33,436 bases of DNA from Planctomycetota bacterium (GCA_039190745.1 JBCCXZ010000043.1:1-33436), one strand, 5' to 3'. Positions 18,380 through 27,961 are shown, counted from the first letter of the stretch. Program-made: numbers and translations. Notes: a model not told the origin generated them from the letters alone.

Positions 18380-19039
18380 TTAACGGCGGCGGCGGGGGAA
18401 GGCCAGGGCTGCGGCGGCGAGGCCGATCAGTGTGGCCGAGGCTGGCTCGGGCACCTGGGTGATCGCCATCGAGGTGAGCCAGAAGATTTCAAAGTTGCCG
18501 AAAGCGGGGTCGACCCGGAAGGCGACGTCGGTGATGCCGTCGGGGTCGACGATGCCCCAAAAACCCTCGACGTTCTGAGCGTTGGGATTGGGGTTGATCG
18601 CTTCGCTGATGTCAAACCAAGGGCCCGCCAAGCCGTTGATCGAGACATCGGCTCCGGTGACGGTGACCCACTCGCCGTAGAAGCCGATCGTGTTCGCGGG
18701 CATGGTCCAGAGGATGTTCCGCGGCGCCGTCCCGCCCAAGCGATCCAGGACGAAGCCGAACTCGCTGAGGTCGAAGTCGGGGTGGTTGTAGAACTGGCTC
18801 GGCAGGGCCATGCTCCCGTTGGCCGTTTCCGAGAGGATGCCGATGTCGGTGACGATCGTGTCGGCGTCTGAGGTCGTCGGGCCGTCGAACGTGTCGATTG
18901 TCGTGAGCAGCGATCCGACGGCGTTGTTGTAGTCGGTGAGCGAGGTGTACTGGGTAGGTGCGGCGTAGGCAGAGGCCGCGAGGACGAAGATGAAGGCGAA
19001 GAGCGCGAGCGAAAGCGAATTCTTAAGCGTGGAAGTCAT
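18380..19039 (-). CDS. PEP-CTERM sorting-domain protein
   Basis: AAGGAGAG SD; signal peptide MTSTLKNSLSLALFAFIFVLAASAYA; VPEPASATLIGLAAAALAFPRRRR tail. Second in-frame SD+ATG at 19129. Confidence 0.92.
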   Translation of the reverse strand: MTSTLKNSLSLALFAFIFVLAASAYAAPTQYTSLTDYNNAVGSLLTTIDTFDGPTTSDADTIVTDIGILSETANGSMALPSQFYNHPDFDLSEFGFVLDRLGGTAPRNILWTMPANTIGFYGEWVTVTGADVSINGLAGPWFDISEAINPNPNAQNVEGFWGIVDPDGITDVAFRVDPAFGNFEIFWLTSMAITQVPEPASATLIGLAAAALAFPRRRR

Positions 19040-19160
19040 GAGTTCTCTCCTTTGATGGGCTTGGCAGGTGTTCGATAGGTTGGCAAAGGCGATGTCGTGG
19101 TTGGCGGCGGTAGTTCGTTGAATGTTCATTGGGTCTCTCCTGGGCAGTAGATTTGTTCGG

Positions 19161-19517
19161 TTAAAACTGGTTTGCGTGCGGTTGCGTCCGGTAGGCTTGG
19201 GCGCCCAGCCGGTACGCCTCAGTCTCTTCTTCGATGTCGTAGCGGTCGGCGATGATCTGCACTGAGAGGTCGGGCTCGATCGCGCGGAGCATCGCGAGCA
19301 ACTCAAGCCCGGTCATGTCGGGCAGCCGGCTGCCGACCCACCAATGGGCGTCGCAGTGGCTCGGGACGAGTCGCAGCGCGCCCATGCCGGTGTTGGTCAG
19401 CGTGAGGCGGACCGACTCCCGTTCGCACCGTTCGATGAGTTCGCCGTGCTCCTCCAGGGAGGCGTCGACCACGACCAGGTCGTGAAGCTTGCTGCAGGTT
19501 TCCGGTCGCGTGTTCAT
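19161..19517 (-). CDS. Stand-alone atypical (pseudo-)receiver domain protein
   Basis: LVVVD..., LPDMTGLELLAMLR, AYRLGAQAYRTQP follow the CheY pattern; phospho-Asp position reads G and the conserved Lys reads Q. Confidence 0.78.
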   Translation of the reverse strand: MNTRPETCSKLHDLVVVDASLEEHGELIERCERESVRLTLTNTGMGALRLVPSHCDAHWWVGSRLPDMTGLELLAMLRAIEPDLSVQIIADRYDIEEETEAYRLGAQAYRTQPHANQF

Positions 19518-19568
19518 CGTGGATTGCTTTCTGGGGGCCGCGTTGGTGTCTGATAGAGGGCAAAGGAA

Positions 19569-19585
19569 AGCAGGCGGCGTGCCAA
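19569..19585 (-). promoter_or_regulatory. Sigma54 (-24/-12) promoter
   Basis: Minus strand TTGGCACGCCGCCTGCT versus consensus YTGGCACG-N4-TTGCW (one mismatch), about 50 bp before the pseudo-receiver ATG. Confidence 0.8.
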
Positions 19586-19755
19586 ACGAGCAAGCGCATA
19601 CGACTCGTCGTAGCGCAACCGCATACGGCTAAGCGGGTTGAAGAAAACGCGACAACGCTCACGAGAGCATGCGGCACAAGAAGAGCGGGTTCACGGCTGA
19701 CGCGCAACGGGCGCGGAAGTCCGTGGCGCATCAGGCGTAGGAAGAATGTGGCGCG

Positions 19756-20802
19756 CTAGGGGCCACTCGGCGGCTCGATGCCGAACTCTTGGATCCGCCG
19801 CCGCAGAGAACCCCGGTTCATCCCCAAGAGCCGCGCGGCCTCGGCCTGGTTGTGGCCTGTACGCTTGAGCGTTTGCTCGATGTGCCACTTTTCGAGACGC
19901 TTCATGGTGGCCCACCGTTCGCCCGAGGCGCCGACCAAGCTGTTCACCACCGAATCGTGCAGCGGCGGCTCTTCGGGGGGCGGCGGCGCGGCAACGCTGT
20001 GCCCGGGGGCTTCGGCTGGAGTGTCGAAGACGATGTCGCAGGCCTCGATCATCGAGCCTTTGGCGAGCATCAACGCGCGTTCGAGCACGTTCTGAAGCTC
20101 TCGTACGTTCCCTGGCCAGGGGTGAAGTTGCAGACGCTCTTCCGCTTCGGTCGAGAGAGGCTTGAACGGCATCCGGTCGCCGCGACAGAGCCGAGCGATG
20201 AGGAACTGCGACAGAACCTTGAGGTCGTCCGGCCGCTGAGCGAGCGGAACGGTTTGGAGCGTTGCGACCGCGATGCGGTAAAACAGGTCCTGACGGAACC
20301 GCCCCTTGGCGACTTCTTGCGACAGGCCACGGTTGGTTGCGGAGACGATCCGCACGTCGATCGGCGTCTGCTCGTGCCCGCCGACCGGGGTAACGACCTG
20401 CTCCTGGAGCACGCGCAGGAGCTTGGCTTGGAGCTCGAGCTCGAGTTCGCCGATCTCGTCTAAGAAGAGGGTACCCCCGTCGGCAGCGCGGAAGCACCCG
20501 AGCGCCTCGTGGCTGGCGCCGGTGAACGAACCCTTCAGGTGGCCAAACATGTGGCTCTCGAAGAGGGTCGGGGCGATCGCCGCACAGTTGACCGGAACGA
20601 ACGGGCCTTCGGCCCGAGGGCTCCTCTCGTGGATCGACCTTGCGATGACTTCCTTACCGGTGCCGGTCGGGCCGCAGATGAGGATGTTCGTGGGGTACGG
20701 GGCGACCTCAGAGATTTCTGACTGGATGCGCCGCGCCCAGTCTGACACGCCGACCAAGGGTCGGACAGGAGCGGCCTTAGCGGCCACGTGGTGGAGATTC
20801 AT
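19756..20802 (-). CDS. Sigma54-dependent activator (AAA+ plus Fis HTH) without N-terminal sensor domain
   Basis: GPTGTGKE, ESHMFGHLKGSFTGA, LFLDEIGE, RQDLFYR, WPGNVRELQN, NQAEAARLLG. Start is 20802 or 20886. Confidence 0.93.
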   Translation of the reverse strand: MNLHHVAAKAAPVRPLVGVSDWARRIQSEISEVAPYPTNILICGPTGTGKEVIARSIHERSPRAEGPFVPVNCAAIAPTLFESHMFGHLKGSFTGASHEALGCFRAADGGTLFLDEIGELELELQAKLLRVLQEQVVTPVGGHEQTPIDVRIVSATNRGLSQEVAKGRFRQDLFYRIAVATLQTVPLAQRPDDLKVLSQFLIARLCRGDRMPFKPLSTEAEERLQLHPWPGNVRELQNVLERALMLAKGSMIEACDIVFDTPAEAPGHSVAAPPPPEEPPLHDSVVNSLVGASGERWATMKRLEKWHIEQTLKRTGHNQAEAARLLGMNRGSLRRRIQEFGIEPPSGP

Positions 20803-21339
20803 GGGATCGACCTCAGCCACCAGGTTCTCGCCTCGCCGTGAGATCGTAGCACGACAGGAGAGCTGGGGCGAGCGTTCTCTGTCCACTAGCCGACTCCGGT
20901 ATGCTGAGGCCCGCGCTGCCCTGAAAGCCTGCTCGCTAGGTGGCTCGACGGGGGGGCGTGCCGGCAGGCGCGTCCTGCCATCGGGCTGCGGCGAGCTCGG
21001 CAGCCTGCGGAAGATGGCCTGCCGGCACGGTTACAGCCTGCGTGCCTTACGCTGAAACACAGTGCCGAGCCTACCGGCCTGCTCCATGGGCATTGGTCGC
21101 CGTGGGCTGCTGATCTGGAGGCTCTCGCCAGATAGCCTGGGTTTCGCAGGCAATAAACCTTGCCGGTTGTTTCGATTCTGAGTCCCCGCGTTGCTCGGCT
21201 GAGTGTGGTGTTCACCGCAAGACGATGCTTGACCAAGCCGAACGGTGCGCAGGAGGAGTGTTCGCGACCACGGAGGTTCGTGAGCCGGGCGATAGCGCCA
21301 CTCTTGCAGATCAGCCCGCGGCGGAACAAGGAGGTCGGG

Positions 21340-22521
21340 ATGGTATCTAGCCAGCTCTCGATGGGATTGCGCTCGCGTCGCTTGCATCTGGCAAGCCTTG
21401 CCGCTGTTGCTTGTCTCTGCACACCGGCGGTCGTGCGTGCTCAGGAAGAGACTGTCTCGATCCCCGTCTCTACTTACGAGGACCTGCTCAACCGGCTTGA
21501 CTCGCTCGAGTCTCGTGTTTCGCGTACCGAACGCCGCTCGGCGCCAGTGCGAACCAACGGAACCAAGACCTCGGAAGGGGGATACTTCGCCGCGTACGAG
21601 CTGGCGGTCCTCGCACCGGTGTACAGCAACAGCACGGCGTTCTACACGCACGACACGGTACCCAGTACACCGGAGAGCGCGGTGCTGACCGAGTTCGGTT
21701 GGAACCTTGAGGCGAGCCACCGGTTCGAACTCGGGTACCTGAGCCCTTCGACGAATCTTGGCTGGCGGGCTCGCTACTGGTTCTTTGACGGCGGCGCGAG
21801 CGAAACGTCGGCCGCCGACGTCGACGTGAAGATCGGCGTCGCGGACGACCCGGATATCGCCCTCGACACCATCACGGCTGGCGATCCCGACTTCCTGCAG
21901 GCCAACGCGTCGACAGCGATTGACGTCGTTGATTTCGAGGCGTTCTCCAAGCGCTTTGTCTACAGCAACCAAGTCACCTTCAGCGGCGGCGTCCGTTACG
22001 CCAATATCCAGCACAACTACGCGGGCTTTGACGTCGACCCGACCATCGCCGCCCCAAACAACATTCAGACGGCGTTGCTCACCGACTTCAACTTCGAAGG
22101 GGTTGGGCCGACCGTTTCGCTAGCTTCGCGGCGGAAGATCGGCTGCTCTTGTTGGAGTTGGAACGCCGAAGGGCGAACTTCGTTGCTCTTCGGGCAGGGC
22201 GACGCCCGCTGGGACCGGATCGGCAACAGCGGAGCTGGCACCCCGCTCGACCCTGTCGGCAACTCGGACGTCATCACGCAAGACAACGACCTCAGGATCG
22301 TCCCGGTAGCTGAGCTGCGCCTGGGGCTGGATTACCGCCGCGCCCTGGGCAGCACGGTATTCGAATTTGGGACAGGCGCTGAGGGCCAGGTCTGGATCAA
22401 CGGCGGTACCCCGATGTTCGGCGGGCAAGATGGCGCGACCGACTCCGATAGCATCACGAGCCCCTGGACCGAAGACCTCGGCTTTATCGGTTTCTACTTG
22501 CGTGGCTCGGCCAGATACTAA
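21340..22521 (+). CDS. Outer-membrane beta-barrel protein (Lpg1974/BBP7-like)
   Basis: AAGGAGG SD; signal peptide ending VRA-Q; short coiled coil; GWRARYW, FEGVGPT, ELRLGLDY; alternating C-terminus GFYLRGSARY. Confidence 0.8.
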   Translation: MVSSQLSMGLRSRRLHLASLAAVACLCTPAVVRAQEETVSIPVSTYEDLLNRLDSLESRVSRTERRSAPVRTNGTKTSEGGYFAAYELAVLAPVYSNSTAFYTHDTVPSTPESAVLTEFGWNLEASHRFELGYLSPSTNLGWRARYWFFDGGASETSAADVDVKIGVADDPDIALDTITAGDPDFLQANASTAIDVVDFEAFSKRFVYSNQVTFSGGVRYANIQHNYAGFDVDPTIAAPNNIQTALLTDFNFEGVGPTVSLASRRKIGCSCWSWNAEGRTSLLFGQGDARWDRIGNSGAGTPLDPVGNSDVITQDNDLRIVPVAELRLGLDYRRALGSTVFEFGTGAEGQVWINGGTPMFGGQDGATDSDSITSPWTEDLGFIGFYLRGSARY

Positions 22522-22551
22522 GCCGTTGCGGCCAGCACTGCATGCACCGCG

Positions 22552-22590
22552 AGCCCGGCGTATCGAGCGATACGCCGGGCTTTCTTTTAT
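22552..22590 (+). terminator. Rho-independent terminator
   Basis: AGCCCGGCGTATCG-AG-CGATACGCCGGGCT followed by TTCTTTTAT. Confidence 0.9.
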
Positions 22591-22747
22591 TGACGCTCGT
22601 CTACGTGCCTGGTGCGCCCAGCCGTTCGGATCAAGAAACCGTGCCGGCTAGGACGATTTTTAGGGCATCCGTTCGAGCAAGCCGGTGCGTTTCGCTAGCA
22701 GTTCGGGCGGTCGGATGCCACCCGGTAGCGCCAGTAGCAGGAACGTC

Positions 22748-24985
22748 ATGAATCAAGGCTTGTCAGCATGCCGGCAGGGCTGGGCCAGCTTCCTGAGCCT
22801 GCTCGCGCAGCCGATCAACGGCGCGTCGCTCGCGCTGTTCCGCATTTGCTTTGGCGTGGTGATGTTTGCTCATGCGGTGAAGTATCTCTGGCCGCAGGGC
22901 GGAACGACCCTGAAGGACTACCTCTACCACGAAACGAGCTTCAACTTCACTTACCCGGGGTTTGGCTGGGTGCAGCCGTTTCCCGAGCCGCTGTGGACGC
23001 TCTTCTTTGGGCTGATGGGCCTCGCGGCGCTTGGGGTTGCGGCGGGGGCTTTCTACCGATTGTCTGCCGCGGCGTTGTTCGCGACCTACACCTATATCTT
23101 TTTGAGCGAGGCCGCCAAGTACAACAACCATTACTACCTGATGTGCTTGTTCGCCCTGTTGCTGGTCTTCATGCCGGCGGACAGGCGGTTTTCTGTCGCG
23201 GCGTGGCGGCGACAGCGTGCCGGCGAGCCGGCGGGGGACGGCGCCGTCGTCCCTTTCTGGACGGTCTTTCTGCTACGGGCTCAGCTATTCATCGTCTACT
23301 TCTACGGTGGGATCGCCAAGATCAACCCCGACTGGCTGACTGGGATCCCCATGTCGGGCAAGGGCCGAGCGATCCTCGCGTACTGGACGCCGGTTCTCGG
23401 CCTGCCCGAGATCGACCCGCACTCGGTCGGCCTGTTTATCTGCTGGTTCGGGCTCGTCTTCGACCTTTCGATCGGCTTCCTGCTCGTCTGCCGGCGGACA
23501 CGGCTGCTTGGTTTCGTGCTCATGCTGCTGTTCCACCTCAGCAACCACTTCCTGTTCCCGATCGGTTTGTTCCCGGTCATGGCGTTCTCGACAACGCTGA
23601 TTTTTCTAGAGCCCGACTGGCCGATACGGCTATACCACTGGGTGCGACGCCCACGATTCACTTGGCCGGATCGACGGTGGGCGTGTTGGGGCGCCTGTGC
23701 GCTGCCGCCCGTCGGTTTCTTGCTAGGGTGGAAGGACCGGAGCAGTGGTCTTGCCGGTCCGGAACGGAAGCGGTTATCGCCCTGGGTGGTTGGATGCATC
23801 CTTGCCTTTCTGTCCGTCCAGGCCGCCGCCCCCTTCCGCCACCTGACGATTGGCGGGGACGCAAACTGGACCGAAGAAGGGCAGGACTTCAGTTGGCGGA
23901 TGATGCTGCGCGCCAAAGACGCCAGCCACGTGATCTACCACGTGGTCGACGACAAGATGCTGAGCATGGACGAGCAAGGCCACATGCGTTTCGACTGGTC
24001 TCTCTGGCCCGAAGAGCGCCCCAGGACGATTTATGTGCCGATCGAGAGTTCCAAGTTCAACTGGGACCATCACCGTGGGCTGACCTCCACCTACGAGCCT
24101 TGCCATGGGCTGAGGATCTTCTGCCCGGTTGCGAAGGGCGAGGACATCGTTGCCAAACAGCAGCGGCTCAAGAGTCAATGGTTGCGGTTGTTCGGACGCG
24201 AGGTTTCCGTCGTCGAGACGATCGACTTCAGCAAGGCGGTCGCAGGCTTAGAAGGCCTATTCTCGAACACCGCCCAAGCGGCGGAGTTCAAACCCGCCCT
24301 GGATCGCCTTCGTCGTCTCTCGGGCGAAGCCGAGTCGGCGTCCGGCTTTGTCCGTGAACAAGCCCTGGCGAATCTCGGCCGTGAGATCGACGCTCTAACG
24401 CGTCATAGCGACGAGCGTGGCGTGCGAGAGATGGTGACGCGCCTCCACCCCTTCCTCTTGCAGGGGGCTTCGTTTCCTAATGTGCGATTCCTTGTGGTAG
24501 ACGACCCGCAGCTTACCGTCGATTCGACGACGCTGAACACGCTTGCCGACGGACGCGAGTCGCTCGTGTGGGTCGACCTGAGCCGGCTTCGTCCCAACGA
24601 CTGGAAGGGCCTGCCCCAGTGGTTTGTCACGTTCGAAAACCGAGAGCTGCGCACCGTTTGGAACTACTCTGGAGACCTCAATGCGATCCAGCTACGCCGC
24701 TTCAGCACATCGCCTTGGATGATCCGGCAGTTCGGATGCCACATCGCCGACGTTTGGCAGTGCCAAACGGGTCGTCGACCAAAAGTACGGGTCGTTAGCA
24801 ATCTCATGCTGAACTATCGCCTTCCTCAGCCGTTGATCGACCCGAACGTAGACATCGCTGCGACCGGCTATACGCTGCTCCGACACAACTCTTGGATCCT
24901 GCCACTCGGCAGCAAGGTCGGCAGCGCGAAAGAGAGGATTGCGGGTAGCCGGGAGACCGGAACACAATCACGGTACCAACGGTGA
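22748..24985 (+). CDS. HTTM-domain / vitamin K-dependent gamma-carboxylase-like membrane protein
   Basis: SLALFRICFG, YNNHYYL, VYFYGGIAKINPDWL, FHLSN, IGLFP, WTEEGQDFSWRMML, LIDPNVDIA, WILPL. Confidence 0.9.
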   Translation: MNQGLSACRQGWASFLSLLAQPINGASLALFRICFGVVMFAHAVKYLWPQGGTTLKDYLYHETSFNFTYPGFGWVQPFPEPLWTLFFGLMGLAALGVAAGAFYRLSAAALFATYTYIFLSEAAKYNNHYYLMCLFALLLVFMPADRRFSVAAWRRQRAGEPAGDGAVVPFWTVFLLRAQLFIVYFYGGIAKINPDWLTGIPMSGKGRAILAYWTPVLGLPEIDPHSVGLFICWFGLVFDLSIGFLLVCRRTRLLGFVLMLLFHLSNHFLFPIGLFPVMAFSTTLIFLEPDWPIRLYHWVRRPRFTWPDRRWACWGACALPPVGFLLGWKDRSSGLAGPERKRLSPWVVGCILAFLSVQAAAPFRHLTIGGDANWTEEGQDFSWRMMLRAKDASHVIYHVVDDKMLSMDEQGHMRFDWSLWPEERPRTIYVPIESSKFNWDHHRGLTSTYEPCHGLRIFCPVAKGEDIVAKQQRLKSQWLRLFGREVSVVETIDFSKAVAGLEGLFSNTAQAAEFKPALDRLRRLSGEAESASGFVREQALANLGREIDALTRHSDERGVREMVTRLHPFLLQGASFPNVRFLVVDDPQLTVDSTTLNTLADGRESLVWVDLSRLRPNDWKGLPQWFVTFENRELRTVWNYSGDLNAIQLRRFSTSPWMIRQFGCHIADVWQCQTGRRPKVRVVSNLMLNYRLPQPLIDPNVDIAATGYTLLRHNSWILPLGSKVGSAKERIAGSRETGTQSRYQR

Positions 24986-25149
24986 TTCCGAAGGTACCCG
25001 GAGTCGTCATCGAAGAACTCGCTGAAGTGCGTTTGTCACGCCCAGTGATCACCAACGTCGACAGGGAGCCAGCGAGGGAGTAGAGAGGCCCAGAAACCTA
25101 GAATGCCTGATCCACGATCAGAGATTCTCTAGAGCCCCAGAGTGCCCGG

Positions 25150-26370
25150 CTACGCACGGGCGGCCAGCGCTTCCTCGACGCTGACGTTCCACTTCGGGAA
25201 CGGGTCTTCGAAGTCTTGCCACGCATCGATGCCCTCCGCTAGTTCCTCGTCCGTCAGCAAGCAGTCTTGGAGCGAGTCGTAGATGGCGATCTCGTCCATG
25301 CCGATGCCTATGAAGACCAGTTCTTGCCGGCAGTCGCCGACTTCTGGGTGCCACTTGCCTTCGAGGTCGGCTTGGAAGCTCTCCGACTCGGGCCAGTGCT
25401 CCTGCGGGACCGCGGCCCACCAGAAGCCGCCGAAGTCGAGCCGGGCGACGCGGCCCGCCTGGGACCAGACGCCGATCTTGTCGAGCCGGCTGGCGAGCCA
25501 GAAGAAGCCCTTGCTGCGGAGGACGCCGTTCCAGTCTTGGTTGAGGCGGTTGTAGAACCGCTCCGGGTGGAACGGTCGCCGGGCGCGGTACACGAAACTG
25601 CTTACGCCGTACTCTTCCACCTCGCTGGCGCCGTCGCCGCGGAGGGTCAGCTGCCAGCCCTTGCTCTGCTTGGCGATCTCGAAGTCGAAGCGTCCGGTGC
25701 CCATGATGCGCGTGGGCTCGACGCGGCCGAACGACGAACGGAGCTTGAGGGCGTGGGGGTTGAGCTGTTCGACGTAGGCCTCGACGGCGGCGAGCGCGTC
25801 GTCGTCGATCAGGTCGGTCTTGTTCAGGATGATGACGTTGGCGAACTCGACTTGCTCGGTGAGCAGATCGGCAACGGTCCGCGGGTCGTCTTCGGTGGCC
25901 GCCTGATCGAGGCTTTGCAGGTCTTTGCCGATGCGGAGGTCTTCCAGGAAGTGGGCCGCGTCGACGACGGTGACCATGGTGTCGAGGTCGGCGATCTCGG
26001 AGAGCGGCGTGCCGTCGCCGATCGCGAAGGTGAAGGTATCGGCGACGGGGGCCGGCTCGGAGATGCCCGTTGATTCGATGAGTAGGTAGTCGAACCGCCC
26101 TTCTTTGGCCAGCGACGCGACCTCGGCGAGCAGGTCTTCGCGGAGGGTGCAGCAGATGCAGCCGTTGGTCATCTCGACGAGCTTCTCTTCGGTGCGGCTC
26201 AGGGCGGCTTCGCCTCCGACGATGAGCTGCGAGTCGATGTTGACCTCGCTCATGTCGTTGACGATCACGGCGACACGCATGCCCGACCGATTGGCCAGCA
26301 CATGGTTGAGGAGCGTGGTCTTGCCCGCCCCGAGAAAGCCGGAGAGGACGGTCACAGGGAGTTTGTTCAT
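25150..26370 (-). CDS. COG0523/CobW-family zinc metallochaperone GTPase (ZigA/YciC-like)
   Basis: [69 protein letters not shown]. Confidence 0.95.
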   Translation of the reverse strand: MNKLPVTVLSGFLGAGKTTLLNHVLANRSGMRVAVIVNDMSEVNIDSQLIVGGEAALSRTEEKLVEMTNGCICCTLREDLLAEVASLAKEGRFDYLLIESTGISEPAPVADTFTFAIGDGTPLSEIADLDTMVTVVDAAHFLEDLRIGKDLQSLDQAATEDDPRTVADLLTEQVEFANVIILNKTDLIDDDALAAVEAYVEQLNPHALKLRSSFGRVEPTRIMGTGRFDFEIAKQSKGWQLTLRGDGASEVEEYGVSSFVYRARRPFHPERFYNRLNQDWNGVLRSKGFFWLASRLDKIGVWSQAGRVARLDFGGFWWAAVPQEHWPESESFQADLEGKWHPEVGDCRQELVFIGIGMDEIAIYDSLQDCLLTDEELAEGIDAWQDFEDPFPKWNVSVEEALAARA

Positions 26371-26381
26371 TGCGTCGCTGA

Positions 26382-27041
26382 TTAAGATTTAATGGTGTAG
26401 CGATTGAGGGCTTGCGTCAGCGATTGCCCAGTGCGTTCCCAAGTGCGTTGACTGAGAAACCGCCATGCTGCCCCCGTTTTTTCGGCGTGGACGAACGGCC
26501 TGAGCCAGTTATCTACACATTCCCGGCGGTAGTCGAGGCCCGCGGTAACGCGGACCCAGTCCTCGTACTCGGCGATCCAAAGTTGGGAGAGGTTCCAGAG
26601 CTTGCGGGCGCTTTGCCACTGCGGCTTGCCGCGCGGGCGGGCGAAGACGGGCAACTCGTCGGGCCAGTAGATCGTGAGGGAGAGCGATTCGACAGGGGCC
26701 CAGCTCGGGCAGAACTCAAAACGGTTCACGAAGAGGCCGCCGAGTTCGCGGCGTCCGAAGAACATCCCGAAACCCCACAGAGCCACGTGGAACTGGTCGT
26801 GATCCAGCCGGTAGCAAGTGGACCGGTCGGCGGTGCTCTGGTCTCGGTGGCGCTCGAAGCCGAAACGCATCAGCAGATTCTCGTTGGGGTGTTCTATGTC
26901 TTTGCCCCAACACCAAAGCTGCTGCTCCATGAGCTTCCCGCCGAACCGGTGCACCGGCCGGGGGATGCACCACCCCTGCCCCGCACGCGATCGGAGCGTC
27001 GGCCGTGTGCGGTTGGTTTGCGATAGCGCGGGTGTGGGCAT
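26382..27041 (-). CDS. Uncharacterised protein, QQxWCWG family, copy B
   Basis: [36 protein letters not shown]; paralogue of 27061-27669. Start 27041 chosen to avoid overlap. Confidence 0.8.
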   Translation of the reverse strand: MPTPALSQTNRTRPTLRSRAGQGWCIPRPVHRFGGKLMEQQLWCWGKDIEHPNENLLMRFGFERHRDQSTADRSTCYRLDHDQFHVALWGFGMFFGRRELGGLFVNRFEFCPSWAPVESLSLTIYWPDELPVFARPRGKPQWQSARKLWNLSQLWIAEYEDWVRVTAGLDYRRECVDNWLRPFVHAEKTGAAWRFLSQRTWERTGQSLTQALNRYTIKS

Positions 27042-27060
27042 AGAGCAGACTGCTGGGCGC

Positions 27061-27669
27061 TCAACGCTTCGGGACGAACGCTTGGAAGTTCTCGGCCACC
27101 GCCGCGCCGAGGGATCTCCACGCACAAGCCATCTCCTCGGCCGGCATGATGGTTTGTTTCTCTATATTCCAAGAGTTGATTGTAGCTTGTCGGTACTCGA
27201 CACCCAGCCGCTCGGCGACGGTCGCTTCGTACTCCTGTACCCAGTCGATCAGGCCCAGCGTGAGCGAGGCGCAGGCGTCTCGCTCTGTTTCGTCTGGGGC
27301 ACTCAGTTCTGGCAGGTCGGTTTGCAGCCAGGGCGGGCGGTACAAGTTTGACTGCGTTGTGAAACGCGGCCGGAACTCGAAGCGGGGCAAAAAAATGCCG
27401 CCACGTTTATCCTCGCCGTAGAATATGCCAAACCCGCGCAGGATTACCCGTCGCCCCTGTGGGAGCTCAAGGGTGTAGACGCTGGAACACTTTTCGCGGT
27501 CGGCGGGCGGTTCGGTGCGTGTAAAGCCGGTCTCGAGCAGCCAATTACCGTCGGGCCGCAGGATGTCGCGGCCCCAGCACCAGATCTGTTGGCTGAGCAG
27601 GTCGATCGAATGTTCGATGAGTTCGCGCTCGGCAAGCCGTTGGTTGTCGCTTCGGAACGCCACACGCAT
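27061..27669 (-). CDS. Uncharacterised protein, QQxWCWG family, copy A
   Basis: SQQIWCWGRDI, LRGFGIFYG, GGIFLPRFEF, WVQEYE; ATG 1 bp after the upstream stop. Confidence 0.85.
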   Translation of the reverse strand: MRVAFRSDNQRLAERELIEHSIDLLSQQIWCWGRDILRPDGNWLLETGFTRTEPPADREKCSSVYTLELPQGRRVILRGFGIFYGEDKRGGIFLPRFEFRPRFTTQSNLYRPPWLQTDLPELSAPDETERDACASLTLGLIDWVQEYEATVAERLGVEYRQATINSWNIEKQTIMPAEEMACAWRSLGAAVAENFQAFVPKR

Positions 27670-27670
27670 C

Positions 27671-27961
27671 TCAATCAGCCTCGACGGCCATCACGGCAGC
27701 AATGTTTGCCGTTAACCATGCCGAAGCGGCAAACAACTGCAACCAGTCTCCGGTAGAGGTGATGCCGTAGGAGAACACACTGCCGATCCAGCACAAGCTG
27801 GCAACGGTCTGCCCGATCCACTCAATCTGTAGCGCTTTCGCCAGCCGGCTTGGCTGACTCTGAGACGCACCTCCGCTTCTTGCGGAGCGGTCCAGTTCGT
27901 TCGGCTTGCCTTGGATCGCAGCGGGCCCCAGCTCTGAGGCGTCTTTTGTGGTTCCGGTCAA
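27671..27961 (-). CDS. Small membrane protein (2 TM)
   Basis: TTG overlapping the oxidoreductase TGA (TTGA), GGAGAGGA upstream; IEWIGQTVASLCWIGSVFSYG and DWLQLFAASAWLTANIAAV. Confidence 0.65.
   Translation of the reverse strand: MTGTTKDASELGPAAIQGKPNELDRSARSGGASQSQPSRLAKALQIEWIGQTVASLCWIGSVFSYGITSTGDWLQLFAASAWLTANIAAVMAVEAD

Noticed and set aside
19040..19129. 30-aa extension as a eukaryote-like gamma-carboxylase propeptide
   Set aside because: Phe and Arg-Arg spacing does not fit the -16/-10/-6 pattern, and it precedes rather than follows the signal peptide.
21023..21046. GGCACG-N11-CGTGCC as overlapping divergent sigma54 promoters
   Set aside because: The -12 elements are poor on both strands (CAGC, CTGT); a 6-bp GC-rich inverted pair is likely by chance.
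21293..21308. TAGCGCCACTCTTGCA as sigma54 promoter for the beta-barrel gene
   Set aside because: Good -12 and position, but the near-invariant -24 GG is AG.
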